A stretch of 64,000 nucleotides of DNA from assembly GCA_964608465.1 (NCBI GenBank), contig CAZSNI010000001.1, forward strand, positions 16,215 to 80,214. The letters are read 5' to 3'. Both the position numbers and the translations under genes were made by a program. This stretch comes from an uncultured Candidatus Saccharibacteria bacterium. GTDB taxonomy: Bacteria > Patescibacteriota > Minisyncoccia > Phycocordibacterales > DATDWN01. The notes under the pieces were generated by a model. It saw only the letters and a list, made by a program, of their open reading frames with translations. It had not been told where the DNA came from and ran no database searches. Below, piece by piece: positions 20,814 to 29,970 of the stretch (positions within the stretch are counted from its first letter, which is position 1; every line of letters starts with the position of its first letter).

Positions 20814-21713
20814 TTATTCGTGTTCGCTGATTATTTGTCCTCCCAGTGTCCTCAAATCATGCAATGCAATTTTTGCTTGTTCGTCTTTTGGTGGCTCTCC
20901 CGCAATTTCTGTTCCTGGTGGATTACCGTGCCATTTATAATCACGCTCCATAAATGAAACTCCTTTTCCAGGAATAGTTCTTGCGATAATTACCGATGGC
21001 CCGTCGAAAACTGCTTGTGCTCGCCCAACAGCCTCCACAATAGATGCAAAGTTGTGACCATCTATCTCCTCTGCATGCCAGCCAAAAGCTTCAAACTTAT
21101 GTGTAAGTGAGTCGAGAGGCATTACATCTTCAGTGTAACCATCTATCTGAATATTATTTCTATCAACTATTGCGATAAGGTTTCCGAGCCTTTCTTTTCC
21201 GGCAAGCATTATTGCTTCCCAGTTTTGTCCTTCATCTAGCTCGCCGTCACCAAGCAAACAGTAAAAAAATCTATCTGATGTTTTTCCCTTATCCATTCTG
21301 TCAGCTATTGCCATACCTACTGCTTGTGACAAACCCGCACCAAGTGGTCCTGAACTCGTTTCTAAAATAGGTAAAAATTCTCTGTGTGGATGTCCCTGCA
21401 GTCTACTTTCAAATTTTCTAAGTGTGAGTAATTCTTTTACGGGAAAGTATCCGACGTGAGCAAGAGTTGCATACAACACAGGATTTATATGACCATTTGA
21501 AAGTATCAATCTGTCTCTTTCTTCCCAAAATGGCTCCTCTGGGTTGTGTCGAAGTATATAAAAGTATAGTGCAGTAAAAATATCTGCCATTCCAAGTGGT
21601 CCAGCAGAGTGACCCGAACCAGCAGAAACTAGCATTTCAATAATTGAAATTCTTATCTCCTTTGCTTTTTCTGTAAGGAACTCTATTTTTTCGTCTGTTA
21701 AATTGTTTAACAT
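20814..21713 (-). CDS. Transketolase, N-terminal subunit
   Basis: GSGH, DRLILSNGH, LQGHP, GDGELDEG thiamine-diphosphate motif. Confidence 0.94.
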   Translation of the reverse strand: MLNNLTDEKIEFLTEKAKEIRISIIEMLVSAGSGHSAGPLGMADIFTALYFYILRHNPEEPFWEERDRLILSNGHINPVLYATLAHVGYFPVKELLTLRKFESRLQGHPHREFLPILETSSGPLGAGLSQAVGMAIADRMDKGKTSDRFFYCLLGDGELDEGQNWEAIMLAGKERLGNLIAIVDRNNIQIDGYTEDVMPLDSLTHKFEAFGWHAEEIDGHNFASIVEAVGRAQAVFDGPSVIIARTIPGKGVSFMERDYKWHGNPPGTEIAGEPPKDEQAKIALHDLRTLGGQIISEHE

Positions 21714-21723
21714 TTTGTTTAGT

Positions 21724-22395
21724 TTAGAGAGACTCTAAATAATCAAAAACCTCTTTTGGATTAACGGCATTAAGTATTGTTCCGCCCGAAATTAGTTTAT
21801 TTACACCGCTATCTACAAGAGTTTCTGCATTGTCTTCAGTTACACCAATATCAATAGCAATTATACTATCTGGATACTTTGCTCGCAATGACTTTATCAT
21901 TTCTAAACTTTTTTCTTCGAGCTCTACTCCGTGTTTTCCTAAAAGTTGTGAGCCCATGACTTGAATAAAATCAACTTGAGGTACAAATTTTTCTATTTTT
22001 TCTATTTCTGTGTTTGGTTTTATTGCAACACCAACAGAAACATTTTTTTCTCTACAAATATCAATCACTTTTTGAAAGTCTTCTGTTGCTTCTATGTGTG
22101 CGACGATACTGGAGACTCCTGTCGCAATCCACTCAGCCACAACATCTTCTGGCTTACTTACCATTAGATGCAGCTCCACATCTGTTTCTTCCCATTTTGG
22201 CCAACCCTCCTCTTCTGTTTTAAGTTTTTCAAAATAATCTCTGTCCTGACCGTTATATGGCCATGTTCGTGTGTTTGTAAAAACACCGTCTGAAATATCT
22301 ACCTGCACAAGTTCTGCAAAATGCGAGACTTTTTCTATCTCTTCTATAAGTTGTGCTTTATTTACTGGAATTATTGCTGGAAGTACTTTAGTCAT
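21724..22395 (-). CDS. rpe: Ribulose-phosphate 3-epimerase family protein
   Basis: QVDISDGVF, HLMV, QVMG, DIGV; pentose phosphate context. Confidence 0.85.
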   Translation of the reverse strand: MTKVLPAIIPVNKAQLIEEIEKVSHFAELVQVDISDGVFTNTRTWPYNGQDRDYFEKLKTEEEGWPKWEETDVELHLMVSKPEDVVAEWIATGVSSIVAHIEATEDFQKVIDICREKNVSVGVAIKPNTEIEKIEKFVPQVDFIQVMGSQLLGKHGVELEEKSLEMIKSLRAKYPDSIIAIDIGVTEDNAETLVDSGVNKLISGGTILNAVNPKEVFDYLESL

Positions 22396-22399
22396 ATTT

Positions 22400-22846
22400 C
22401 TAATTATAATTTTCGATTTTTCTAATTCGTCTTACGTGACGTTCTTCGTTTGTAAATTCTGTATGAAGCCAAAGTTCTACAGCCTGCTTTGCCTCTTGAG
22501 TCGTAACAAAATGCGCGCCAATAGAAAGAATATTTGCGTCATTGTGTTCACGAGACAAAGTTAAAATATGTTTTGTGCCTCCATAAAACACAGCACAGCG
22601 TATGTTTGGGAACCTATTTGCCACCATTGCCTCCCCTTGTCCCGAAAATCCCAAAACAATTCCTTTTGCTTCTGGGTCGTTTGATACTTGTTTTGCCACC
22701 TCAGAAATATAGTCTGGATAGTCATCTTCGTGGTTATACTCGTGGGGACCACAGTCATATGCTTCTACAGATAAAGTTTTAAGATACTCAACGAGCTCTC
22801 CTTTTGTAGCAAACCCCGCATGATCTGATCCTATATAGATTTTCAT
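22400..22846 (-). CDS. rpiB: Ribose-5-phosphate isomerase B
   Basis: MKIYIGSDHAG, DDYPD, SREHNDAN, RHVRR; start moved to 22846. Confidence 0.92.
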   Translation of the reverse strand: MKIYIGSDHAGFATKGELVEYLKTLSVEAYDCGPHEYNHEDDYPDYISEVAKQVSNDPEAKGIVLGFSGQGEAMVANRFPNIRCAVFYGGTKHILTLSREHNDANILSIGAHFVTTQEAKQAVELWLHTEFTNEERHVRRIRKIENYN

Positions 22847-22875
22847 TAGTATAATTGTATCAAATACTTTTACAT

Positions 22876-22934
22876 ATAGGAAAACCGCCGACTCTGTCGG
22901 CGGCCCCCCACGGGCCGCCAGTCGGCGGTTACTT
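22876..22934 (-). terminator. Two-tier hairpin ending unit C (outer arms identical to 24626-24686)
   Basis: ATAGGAAAACCGCCGA...TCGGCGGTTACTT on the + strand. Confidence 0.75.
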
Positions 22935-23204
22935 GTTGCACGAGGTACACTCGCACGGAATCTCATAGCTACTGATTCTACCCCCGCCTCCGCCGTCATT
23001 TCTGGAATGAGTACCGTGGGTACTCTTCAGACAGTTGTGCGGGTGAGAGCCTCTACATCCCTCACAGAGAATAGGTTTCTCTCCGACTCTGAAGGACGTC
23101 GGACGGAGTCGACTCGAGTCAGTGACCACAAAGCAAGAGCCGTTGGCCCCTCCAACCATACGGTGGAACCTCAAGCCATGCATAAGCTGTTCGAACGTGG
23201 GCAT
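22929..23204 (-). CDS. Cys/His-rich orphan protein (GC-rich unit C)
   Basis: SD GGGGAGG before ATG; CEGC..HPHNC..CECTSC. Confidence 0.65.
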   Translation of the reverse strand: MPTFEQLMHGLRFHRMVGGANGSCFVVTDSSRLRPTSFRVGEKPILCEGCRGSHPHNCLKSTHGTHSRNDGGGGGRISSYEIPCECTSCNK

Positions 23205-23284
23205 TTTGCCCTCCCCTGAATAAATATAAATTAATTAAACTTTTTTGCAAGAATACCAACACGACCAAACTTTCAAAGTTAGTG

Positions 23285-23545
23285 CTATTGATTATTATTT
23301 CTCAATATCAATCTTTCAAACAAATAACCTACTATTATACTGTAGACCATGTACTCAAAAGGAATGTAGAACAAACTAAATATTTCTCCAACATATTTAC
23401 TTGCAACCTCACGAGAGAAAAAAGTAAAAAAAGAATACATCTTTTGGGAAAGTGCTGGGTTTATACCGTACAAAGCAGTAGGCCCGAACCAAAGAAACAT
23501 ATATGTCACCACTGTACCCACAAATGCGTATTTATTCTTCTCCAT
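23285..23545 (-). CDS. Small membrane protein
   Basis: 86-aa hydrophobic ORF directly after gap. Confidence 0.6.
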   Translation of the reverse strand: MEKNKYAFVGTVVTYMFLWFGPTALYGINPALSQKMYSFFTFFSREVASKYVGEIFSLFYIPFEYMVYSIIVGYLFERLILRNNNQ

Positions 23546-23549
23546 GAAT

Positions 23550-24569
23550 TTACTTTATAGTTTTTGCAGTCTTTACTACATGGTCAATAAGTGTATGAGT
23601 ATAACCCGCCTCGTTGTCATACCATGCCATAACTTTTATTAGATTTCCTCCAACAACTCGAGTCATTTTCAAATCCGCGATAGAACCAAAGTGACTTCCA
23701 AGTATGTCTGAAGAAACTAATTCCTCGTCTGTTGCAGAGAAAATATTATTCCATCTGTCAGACTTAGCTGCTTCTCGCAAAACATTGTTCACTTCTTCAG
23801 CATTTGTAGGTTTTTTAGAAATGAAAGTTACATCAACTATAGAGCCAGCCGGAACAGGAACACGAATAGAAATACCATCGAAAAGTCCTTCGAGACTTGT
23901 AAATGCTTTTGTTACTGCAATCGCAGCTCCAGTAGATGAAGGCACAATGTTTTGTGCAGCCGCTCTCCCTTCTCGTAAATCTTTTTTTGATGGACCATCA
24001 ACAAGTGACTGAGAAGCTGTATAACCATGCACGGTGTTTAGAATTGCTTTTTCAATACCAAAATTTTCATCAAGTATTGCAATAAGTGGTGACGCTGCGT
24101 TTGTAGTACAAGATGCGTTTGACGTCACGTCGCAAGTGCCAAACTTTTCTTCATTCACGCCCATTAAAATAGTTTCCACCTTACCTTCACCACCTTTCGC
24201 CGGAGCAGAGATAACAACTTTTTTTGCTCCAGCTTGTATGTGAACTGCTGCTTTTTCAAAATCTGTAAAAAGTCCAGTAGACTCTACTACAACATCTACT
24301 CCAAGTTCGGCCCAAGGAAGTTTCGTTGGTTCTTTTTCAGAAACAAAACGAACTGTTCTACCGTCTATAACCAAGTTGCCTCCTTCGACTTTTACATCAT
24401 GATTCCAGTTTTTATATACAGTGTCGTATTTAAGTAGATACGCCATATTGTCTACATTTCCAAGATCGTTTACAGCAACTACTTCTATTTCTTCTCTATC
24501 CCATGATCCTTTCAGAAACGCTCTTCCAATTCTACCGAAACCGTTTATTGCAACTTTTGTTTTAGCCAT
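23550..24569 (-). CDS. gap: Glyceraldehyde-3-phosphate dehydrogenase type I
   Basis: INGFGRIGR, SNASCTTN, WYDNE. Confidence 0.96.
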   Translation of the reverse strand: MAKTKVAINGFGRIGRAFLKGSWDREEIEVVAVNDLGNVDNMAYLLKYDTVYKNWNHDVKVEGGNLVIDGRTVRFVSEKEPTKLPWAELGVDVVVESTGLFTDFEKAAVHIQAGAKKVVISAPAKGGEGKVETILMGVNEEKFGTCDVTSNASCTTNAASPLIAILDENFGIEKAILNTVHGYTASQSLVDGPSKKDLREGRAAAQNIVPSSTGAAIAVTKAFTSLEGLFDGISIRVPVPAGSIVDVTFISKKPTNAEEVNNVLREAAKSDRWNNIFSATDEELVSSDILGSHFGSIADLKMTRVVGGNLIKVMAWYDNEAGYTHTLIDHVVKTAKTIK

Positions 24570-24625
24570 TTATTTTGGGTTATATATTTTGTAATTTGTC
24601 CTAGAATTATATCATTTCGACATAA

Positions 24626-24686
24626 ATAGGAAAACCGCCGATGTATAGTCGAACGGGTTTCCGTCGACCACCTTCGGCGGTTACTT
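24626..24686 (-). terminator. Two-tier hairpin ending unit D
   Basis: Same outer arms as 22876-22934, different inner stem. Confidence 0.75.
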
Positions 24687-24791
24687 CTTGTTGCGCTTAC
24701 GGTCTGCACAGATACCAATAGCAACGACTGCCAGGATGCAGAAGATCATAAGCGCTGCGTGGTAGTAGGGCAAGAAACGCGGAGGAATCAT
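24681..24791 (-). CDS. 36-aa single-TM peptide (unit D, ORF2)
   Basis: MIPPRFLPYYHAALMIFCILAVVAIGICADRKRNKK; GGAG upstream; ATGA overlap with ORF1. Confidence 0.55.
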   Translation of the reverse strand: MIPPRFLPYYHAALMIFCILAVVAIGICADRKRNKK

Positions 24792-24904
24792 GCCCGGGTT
24801 CTCCGAATAACATCTCGGACACGAACATAAGCGAGTACTCGGAACATCAGGAACCCGAGCTGTATTCCCTGCCACAGATTTGGACGTTCAGCATCGAAGT
24901 GCAT
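24788..24904 (-). CDS. 38-aa peptide (unit D, ORF1)
   Basis: AAGGAG-N7-ATG; MHFDAERPNLWQGIQLGFLMFRVLAYVRVRDVIRRTRA. Confidence 0.55.
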   Translation of the reverse strand: MHFDAERPNLWQGIQLGFLMFRVLAYVRVRDVIRRTRA

Positions 24905-24956
24905 TCCAGATCTCCTTCCTGTTTTAAAATATCACAAACTAAATAGTTTTGAAAGG

Positions 24957-25973
24957 TTACTCAGAAACTTGTGCTGTTTCTTTTTTAGCGCTTGTACCAG
25001 CGTGGCCATCTACTTCGTATGAAGTATTTTGTGACTCAAAGAAGTTAACAAGTTCAAACACATCTGTTGCAGTGGACATCCATTTTGCAGGGTTTGTTGC
25101 ATTGTAGTATTTTGGCATTCCAAGTTCAGATAGTCTTCTGTCTGCTACATACTGCACATACTGGTTTACATAGTCAGCGTTTAGTCCCAAGATTCCGTTC
25201 GGGAACAAGTCTTTGTTGTATGCAGTTTCAAGATCCACTCCTTCGATAATTATGTTTCTTATTTCTGCTGCGAACTCTTCTGTCAGAAGTTCTGCATTTT
25301 CTTCTAGAATATTGTGAATAAGGTTAATACCAAATTTTAGGTGTAGTGACTCATCTCGCAGAACCCAGTTGATCATTGAGCCAAAGTTTCGAAGTTGGTT
25401 TCTTTGTCTAAAAGAAAGCATCACCATGAAACCAGAGTAGAACCAGATACCTTCCATCACAATATTGTACGCAACAAGGTTTCGTATAAAATCTTTTTTA
25501 CCTTCAAGAGTTTCAATATCGAGTCTGTCTTCTGTCATTCTCTTCAAATACCTCATTATGTAAGCTTCCTTTGCTTTCATAGAATCAGTCTCTAGGTGGT
25601 TGTTGTAAACCTTACTTCTATCGAAAGGAAAAGTTTCAAGAACGTACTCAAAAGCTACACAGTGGTTTGCCTCTTCCCACATTTGTTTAGCAATATACAA
25701 ATGCGCTTCTGGAGATTTAATATATGGATACACGCCAAGAGCAAGAGTTCTGTTTACTATAAGTTCTGCAGGGTTGAAAAATGACATAATAAACTCTACT
25801 GCATGTCTTTCATCCTCTGTCATTTTTGCAAAATCTTCCAAGTCTTCTTTCAAAGCGATCTCGTGTGGAAACCAAGTATTTCGAACAGCTTGGTTATACA
25901 AATCATAAGCCCACTGATATTTTATGGGGTGCAAATTTACGTCTTCTGGTGATGGTTTTCCTATTAAGCTCAT
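24957..25973 (-). CDS. nrdB: Ribonucleotide reductase small subunit, class Ic (R2c)-type signature
   Basis: AELIV, EEANHCVAF, MEGIWFYSGF, RDESLH, NFFE..Y. Confidence 0.92.
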   Translation of the reverse strand: MSLIGKPSPEDVNLHPIKYQWAYDLYNQAVRNTWFPHEIALKEDLEDFAKMTEDERHAVEFIMSFFNPAELIVNRTLALGVYPYIKSPEAHLYIAKQMWEEANHCVAFEYVLETFPFDRSKVYNNHLETDSMKAKEAYIMRYLKRMTEDRLDIETLEGKKDFIRNLVAYNIVMEGIWFYSGFMVMLSFRQRNQLRNFGSMINWVLRDESLHLKFGINLIHNILEENAELLTEEFAAEIRNIIIEGVDLETAYNKDLFPNGILGLNADYVNQYVQYVADRRLSELGMPKYYNATNPAKWMSTATDVFELVNFFESQNTSYEVDGHAGTSAKKETAQVSE

Positions 25974-25995
25974 AGTTTTTTGATTAAATAATAAT

Positions 25996-28734
25996 TTACT
26001 GACAACTTATACAAACGTTATCATCGGCGGGATCCTCGGGATAAATAATATTTGGCTTCTTAGCGGAAACGGTTTCAAGTGGTTTGTATTCATTCCTAGG
26101 AGTCTCTGGCATACTCACACTTGCAAAACCACCTGTAGTAACCGGCGTGGAATCCTCCACAACTTTAACCTGCTCGACAGCTACAGCGACTGGTTGTGTT
26201 GCTACAGCTTGCGCCACAACTTCCTCTTTAACAGCTTTTATAGGAGCGACAACTGGGATTTCTACAGGAACAACTTTTGGAGTAGACTCTGCCACATCCA
26301 TAGTTAGAGATTTCTGAAGTGGTGCAGAAAATGCTGGTGTGTTTGCAAAGTTTAGCGCACCGAAACCAACACGTCCCATTTTCTGTGATTTGTTTACAGC
26401 GGTTGTACTCTGCTCTGCAGTGTGACGAGGCTTCATGTGTAGATAGTATGTAGACTTTAGACCTTTCTCCCAAGCAGTACTGTATATTTTCATAGTCTCA
26501 TCCACGTCTCTTGTTTCTAGATACATATTTCGCGACAGTGCTTGGTCAACCCACTTTTGAGCTCTAGCGGCAACTTCTATATATGCATATGGAGAAGTTG
26601 TGAAAGAAGTTTTATAAACATCTTTTGTGTGCTGAGGGATGCCAGGAATTTCACTGATATCTCCTTGGTTCTCGATTATCGCTTCTTTTACTTCATCCCA
26701 GATTCCCATATTTTTCAAATCCTTAACCAAGTTGTGGTTAATATCCAAATATTTTCCAGAAATTTTATTTCTAGAGAAAACCTGTGCAAAACGTGCATCA
26801 ATACCTGGAGTTGTTGCGGCTACCAAACCAATGTTTGCGTTTGGAGCAACAGCCATAAGTGTTGCGTTTCGAATTCCCTTTTTAACTTTTTCTCGCAATA
26901 TATCCCAGTTGAGTCCCTTGTGTTTACTTACTTTCGAGACTGTTAGTTCTCGTCCTCTGTCTTTTTCCAAAGTAAGGATAGAATCGATTGGCACATGACC
27001 CTTTGACCACTCTGAGCCAGCAAAGTTTTTGTAAGCTCCTCTTTCCTGCGCCAAGTTTGCAGACTCGTCGATCGCCATATATGAAATAAACTCAAAAATT
27101 CTATCTGCAAAATCCCAAGCGTGTGTAGAGTCGTATGACATTCCTAGTTGCTCGATAGTGTCTGAAAATCCCATCACCCCAAGACCCACTGCTCTGTTTT
27201 CTTTGTCAGACTTTGCAGCTTCTGGGATAGGAAGAACGTTGATGTCGATAAGGTTATCCAACTGTCGTATTGCAAGACGCACTGACTCTTCTAGTCGTGA
27301 CCAGTTTACTTCTTTGTTTTTTATGTGAGCTGCTAGGTTTAGTGATGCAAGGTTACACACCGCTACATTTTCTCTATCTTGCGGAAGACAGATTTCTGTA
27401 CACAAGTTACTCATATGAATTGTTCCTGTGTTGTTGTTCAGAGCTCGAAGGTTTATTGTGTCTTTCCAAACAAGCCAAGGATGTGATGTGGTTTGTAGTG
27501 CTACAAGTATTTGTCTGTATTGTTCTGTTGCAGGAACTTTTTTAAATACTCTTAGTTTCTTTGCCTCTGCCATTTCTATGTACTGCTCATATCTAACTTT
27601 GAATGCAGCACCGTAAAGTTCGTTTAGATCTGCTGTTTCTGCAGGGTCAAACATATACCAATCTTCTCCCATAGAAACTCTTCGCATAAATTCGTCAGAA
27701 AGAAACACTGCTGTGTTTGCTGTTCGCATTCTCATGTAGTCGTCACCAGCGTTGTGTTTCCACTCTAGAAACTCAGGAAAATCGTAGTGCCAGTTTTCCA
27801 TATAGAAACAAAGCGCTCCTTTTTTCTTGCCTCCACGTTGTATGGCACGTATCGCAGTATCAATAATTTTTGCAAAAGGTGTTGGGCCAGTAGAAGTTCC
27901 TCCTCCAGAAGTTTTTAACGGTGAGCCACTAGCGCGAAGTTTTGTAACAGCAGCACCGATTCCGCCTGAACCTTTTGAAAGTAGCATCACGTCTGAAACA
28001 GACTTTGCGATGTGGTTCATGTCGTCTTGAATTTCAAGCAAGTAACAGTTTGAAAGTGCTGGACTATTTTTACCAGCTGCTAGGTTTGTAGAACCTCCTG
28101 CAACATACTCGAGGCGTGACATTTTTGCATAAAACTTTTTCGCCATTTCTGTTGGGTTTGCTTCGTTATATGAAAGCCCCATAGCGATTCTCATGAAAAA
28201 GTATTGAGGAGTTTCTAGAGGAATTTGTTTTTCATTCTTTATCAAGTATCTATTGATCAGTCCATCAAGTCCTGCATACTGAAAAAGCTCATCTCTTTGT
28301 ATGGCCAGAGCATTTGAAAGTTCGACAAGGTCAAACTTCTCTTTCATGTTCACATTTAGTTTTCCAGAAGCAACACTTTCAGTAATGTATGTAATGAAAC
28401 TATCCCGGTGTTTCTTTACAAAAACTTCTGCTTCGTCTGAACTTCGAAAATCCCTAACTACTTGTCTATAAACTGTTTTAAGTAAGAGTCTTTTTGCAAC
28501 TGTGTCGTACTCAACGTCTTCTTTAATGTTTTGAACCGCTGCGTTTATCGTTGCTTGGTCCATTTCATATTCCGTGATTCCATCGTATAGAGTAAGTTGT
28601 GTTTCTGTAGCAATCTGAGTGACTTTGGAAACTGGATCAAAAAGTCCACGACAAGCTCTTTCGATGGAACGGTTGATCCTGTCCGCGTTAAACGGCTCTT
28701 TTGTTCCATCTTGTCTTGTTACAGTTATATTCAT
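25996..28734 (-). CDS. nrdA: Ribonucleotide reductase large subunit with ATP cone
   Basis: N-terminal ATP cone, SNC, SNLCTEI, CNLAS, KSTYY, terminal CISC. Confidence 0.95.
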   Translation of the reverse strand: MNITVTRQDGTKEPFNADRINRSIERACRGLFDPVSKVTQIATETQLTLYDGITEYEMDQATINAAVQNIKEDVEYDTVAKRLLLKTVYRQVVRDFRSSDEAEVFVKKHRDSFITYITESVASGKLNVNMKEKFDLVELSNALAIQRDELFQYAGLDGLINRYLIKNEKQIPLETPQYFFMRIAMGLSYNEANPTEMAKKFYAKMSRLEYVAGGSTNLAAGKNSPALSNCYLLEIQDDMNHIAKSVSDVMLLSKGSGGIGAAVTKLRASGSPLKTSGGGTSTGPTPFAKIIDTAIRAIQRGGKKKGALCFYMENWHYDFPEFLEWKHNAGDDYMRMRTANTAVFLSDEFMRRVSMGEDWYMFDPAETADLNELYGAAFKVRYEQYIEMAEAKKLRVFKKVPATEQYRQILVALQTTSHPWLVWKDTINLRALNNNTGTIHMSNLCTEICLPQDRENVAVCNLASLNLAAHIKNKEVNWSRLEESVRLAIRQLDNLIDINVLPIPEAAKSDKENRAVGLGVMGFSDTIEQLGMSYDSTHAWDFADRIFEFISYMAIDESANLAQERGAYKNFAGSEWSKGHVPIDSILTLEKDRGRELTVSKVSKHKGLNWDILREKVKKGIRNATLMAVAPNANIGLVAATTPGIDARFAQVFSRNKISGKYLDINHNLVKDLKNMGIWDEVKEAIIENQGDISEIPGIPQHTKDVYKTSFTTSPYAYIEVAARAQKWVDQALSRNMYLETRDVDETMKIYSTAWEKGLKSTYYLHMKPRHTAEQSTTAVNKSQKMGRVGFGALNFANTPAFSAPLQKSLTMDVAESTPKVVPVEIPVVAPIKAVKEEVVAQAVATQPVAVAVEQVKVVEDSTPVTTGGFASVSMPETPRNEYKPLETVSAKKPNIIYPEDPADDNVCISCQ

Positions 28735-28852
28735 ATTTTGGGATAAAATAAATTGATAAATAATCTTACTTTTTTACTTTTTTTCGAAAAAAATATGCGA
28801 TTTTCAAGTTTTTTAACTCAAAATCGCAAAATTTTTCTGTTTTAGTTCATTT

Positions 28853-28889
28853 ATTGTACTCCAAATTCAAAACAAAAAACTGTGGATAA
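28853..28889 (-). promoter_or_regulatory. nrdA -10 (TACAAT) and perfect DnaA box
   Basis: TGTGGATAA at 28881-28889 (TTATCCACA on minus); TACAAT at 28853-28858. Confidence 0.55.
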
Positions 28890-28975
28890 CCCCTTCCAGA
28901 ATACTTCAAAATATAAAACTTTTTATGTAAAGTTTTACCGCTTAAAAAGACCTAAAAAATAGGAAATCGGAGAAA

Positions 28976-29419
28976 TTATTTGTAAAACTCCACAGTGTCG
29001 CCAACTTTCAGTCCTATCAAATCAGCCTGACCCGAGGCGAGCTCTAAAACGTATAAAGAAGGGGTCTCTGGAGCAAAAACTTTAGGGTAAGTTTGTGGGC
29101 TTACAGCCTTTTCTATGTGGTTTACGACAAAATTTTTATCGATCCAGATGATATCTATAGAAAAATTCATATCTTTCATCCAAAAACTGTGTTTATCTTC
29201 ATTTTCAAACAAGAAAATCATTCCTTGGTTCTGTGACAAATACTTTCTACCAGACAGCCCCTTGGTTTTTGTGTATGCAGTATCAGAAACATCGATATTG
29301 TATGTCTTTCCTTTGACTACTACTCTACTTTCGTAGTTAACAGTAGTAAGGTACCCCACAAGAGTTACTGCCACAACCACAAAAAGAATAATAAGCAAAC
29401 GAGCTTTGTTCGAATTCAT
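28976..29419 (-). CDS. DUF192 family protein
   Basis: KGLSGR..GMIFLF..FWMKDM..IDIIW..YVLEL. Confidence 0.88.
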   Translation of the reverse strand: MNSNKARLLIILFVVVAVTLVGYLTTVNYESRVVVKGKTYNIDVSDTAYTKTKGLSGRKYLSQNQGMIFLFENEDKHSFWMKDMNFSIDIIWIDKNFVVNHIEKAVSPQTYPKVFAPETPSLYVLELASGQADLIGLKVGDTVEFYK

Positions 29420-29446
29420 ACAAATATTGTACCACTTTTATACACA

Positions 29447-29474
29447 ACAAAAAACCGCCTAGGCGGTTTTTTGT
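29447..29474. terminator. Intrinsic terminator
   Basis: ACAAAAAACCGCC-TA-GGCGGTTTTTTGT. Confidence 0.75.
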
Positions 29475-29505
29475 TTATTTAGTTTTTACAAACTAAACGG
29501 AGAGA

Positions 29506-29817
29506 TTACCATGTTCGGCCACCTCTATCGTTTCCACGATCGAAGCCTCCTGTTCTAGGTGCTCTAGGTTCCATAGGTCGAGCTTCATTTACTGTAAGCT
29601 TTCGTCCATCTAGTTCCTGACCATTCCACTTTGCAATTGCTGCATCAGCATCTGCATCGTTTGCGAACTCAACGAATCCGAATCCTTTTGATCGGCCTGT
29701 CATTTTGTCCATGATAATTGTTGCAGAAGTTACTTCTCCAACTTGTGCGAACGCATCCTTAAGACCGTCGTTACTTGTTGAATATGAAATTCCTCCTACG
29801 TATAGCTTCTTTGCCAT
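29506..29817 (-). CDS. RRM-domain RNA-binding protein
   Basis: RNP2 LYVGGI, RNP1 KGFGFVEF, RGG tail. Confidence 0.93.
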   Translation of the reverse strand: MAKKLYVGGISYSTSNDGLKDAFAQVGEVTSATIIMDKMTGRSKGFGFVEFANDADADAAIAKWNGQELDGRKLTVNEARPMEPRAPRTGGFDRGNDRGGRTW

Positions 29818-29970
29818 TATATTTTCTCTAGTCTTTATTTTAAACTGTAAGGCGACTAGCTTCTCTCCTTTTCAACTTTCTCTTCGAAAATACGAAAACA
29901 TTGAGATACTTACATTACCTACTATTATACTCCTGAGAGTCCCAAAAGTCAAGGTGCCAAAATGTGCCTA

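Noticed and set aside
22847-22999. N-terminal extension of RpiB in the ORF track
   Set aside because: Runs through the unit C hairpin; RpiB homology and a -10 begin at ATG 22846
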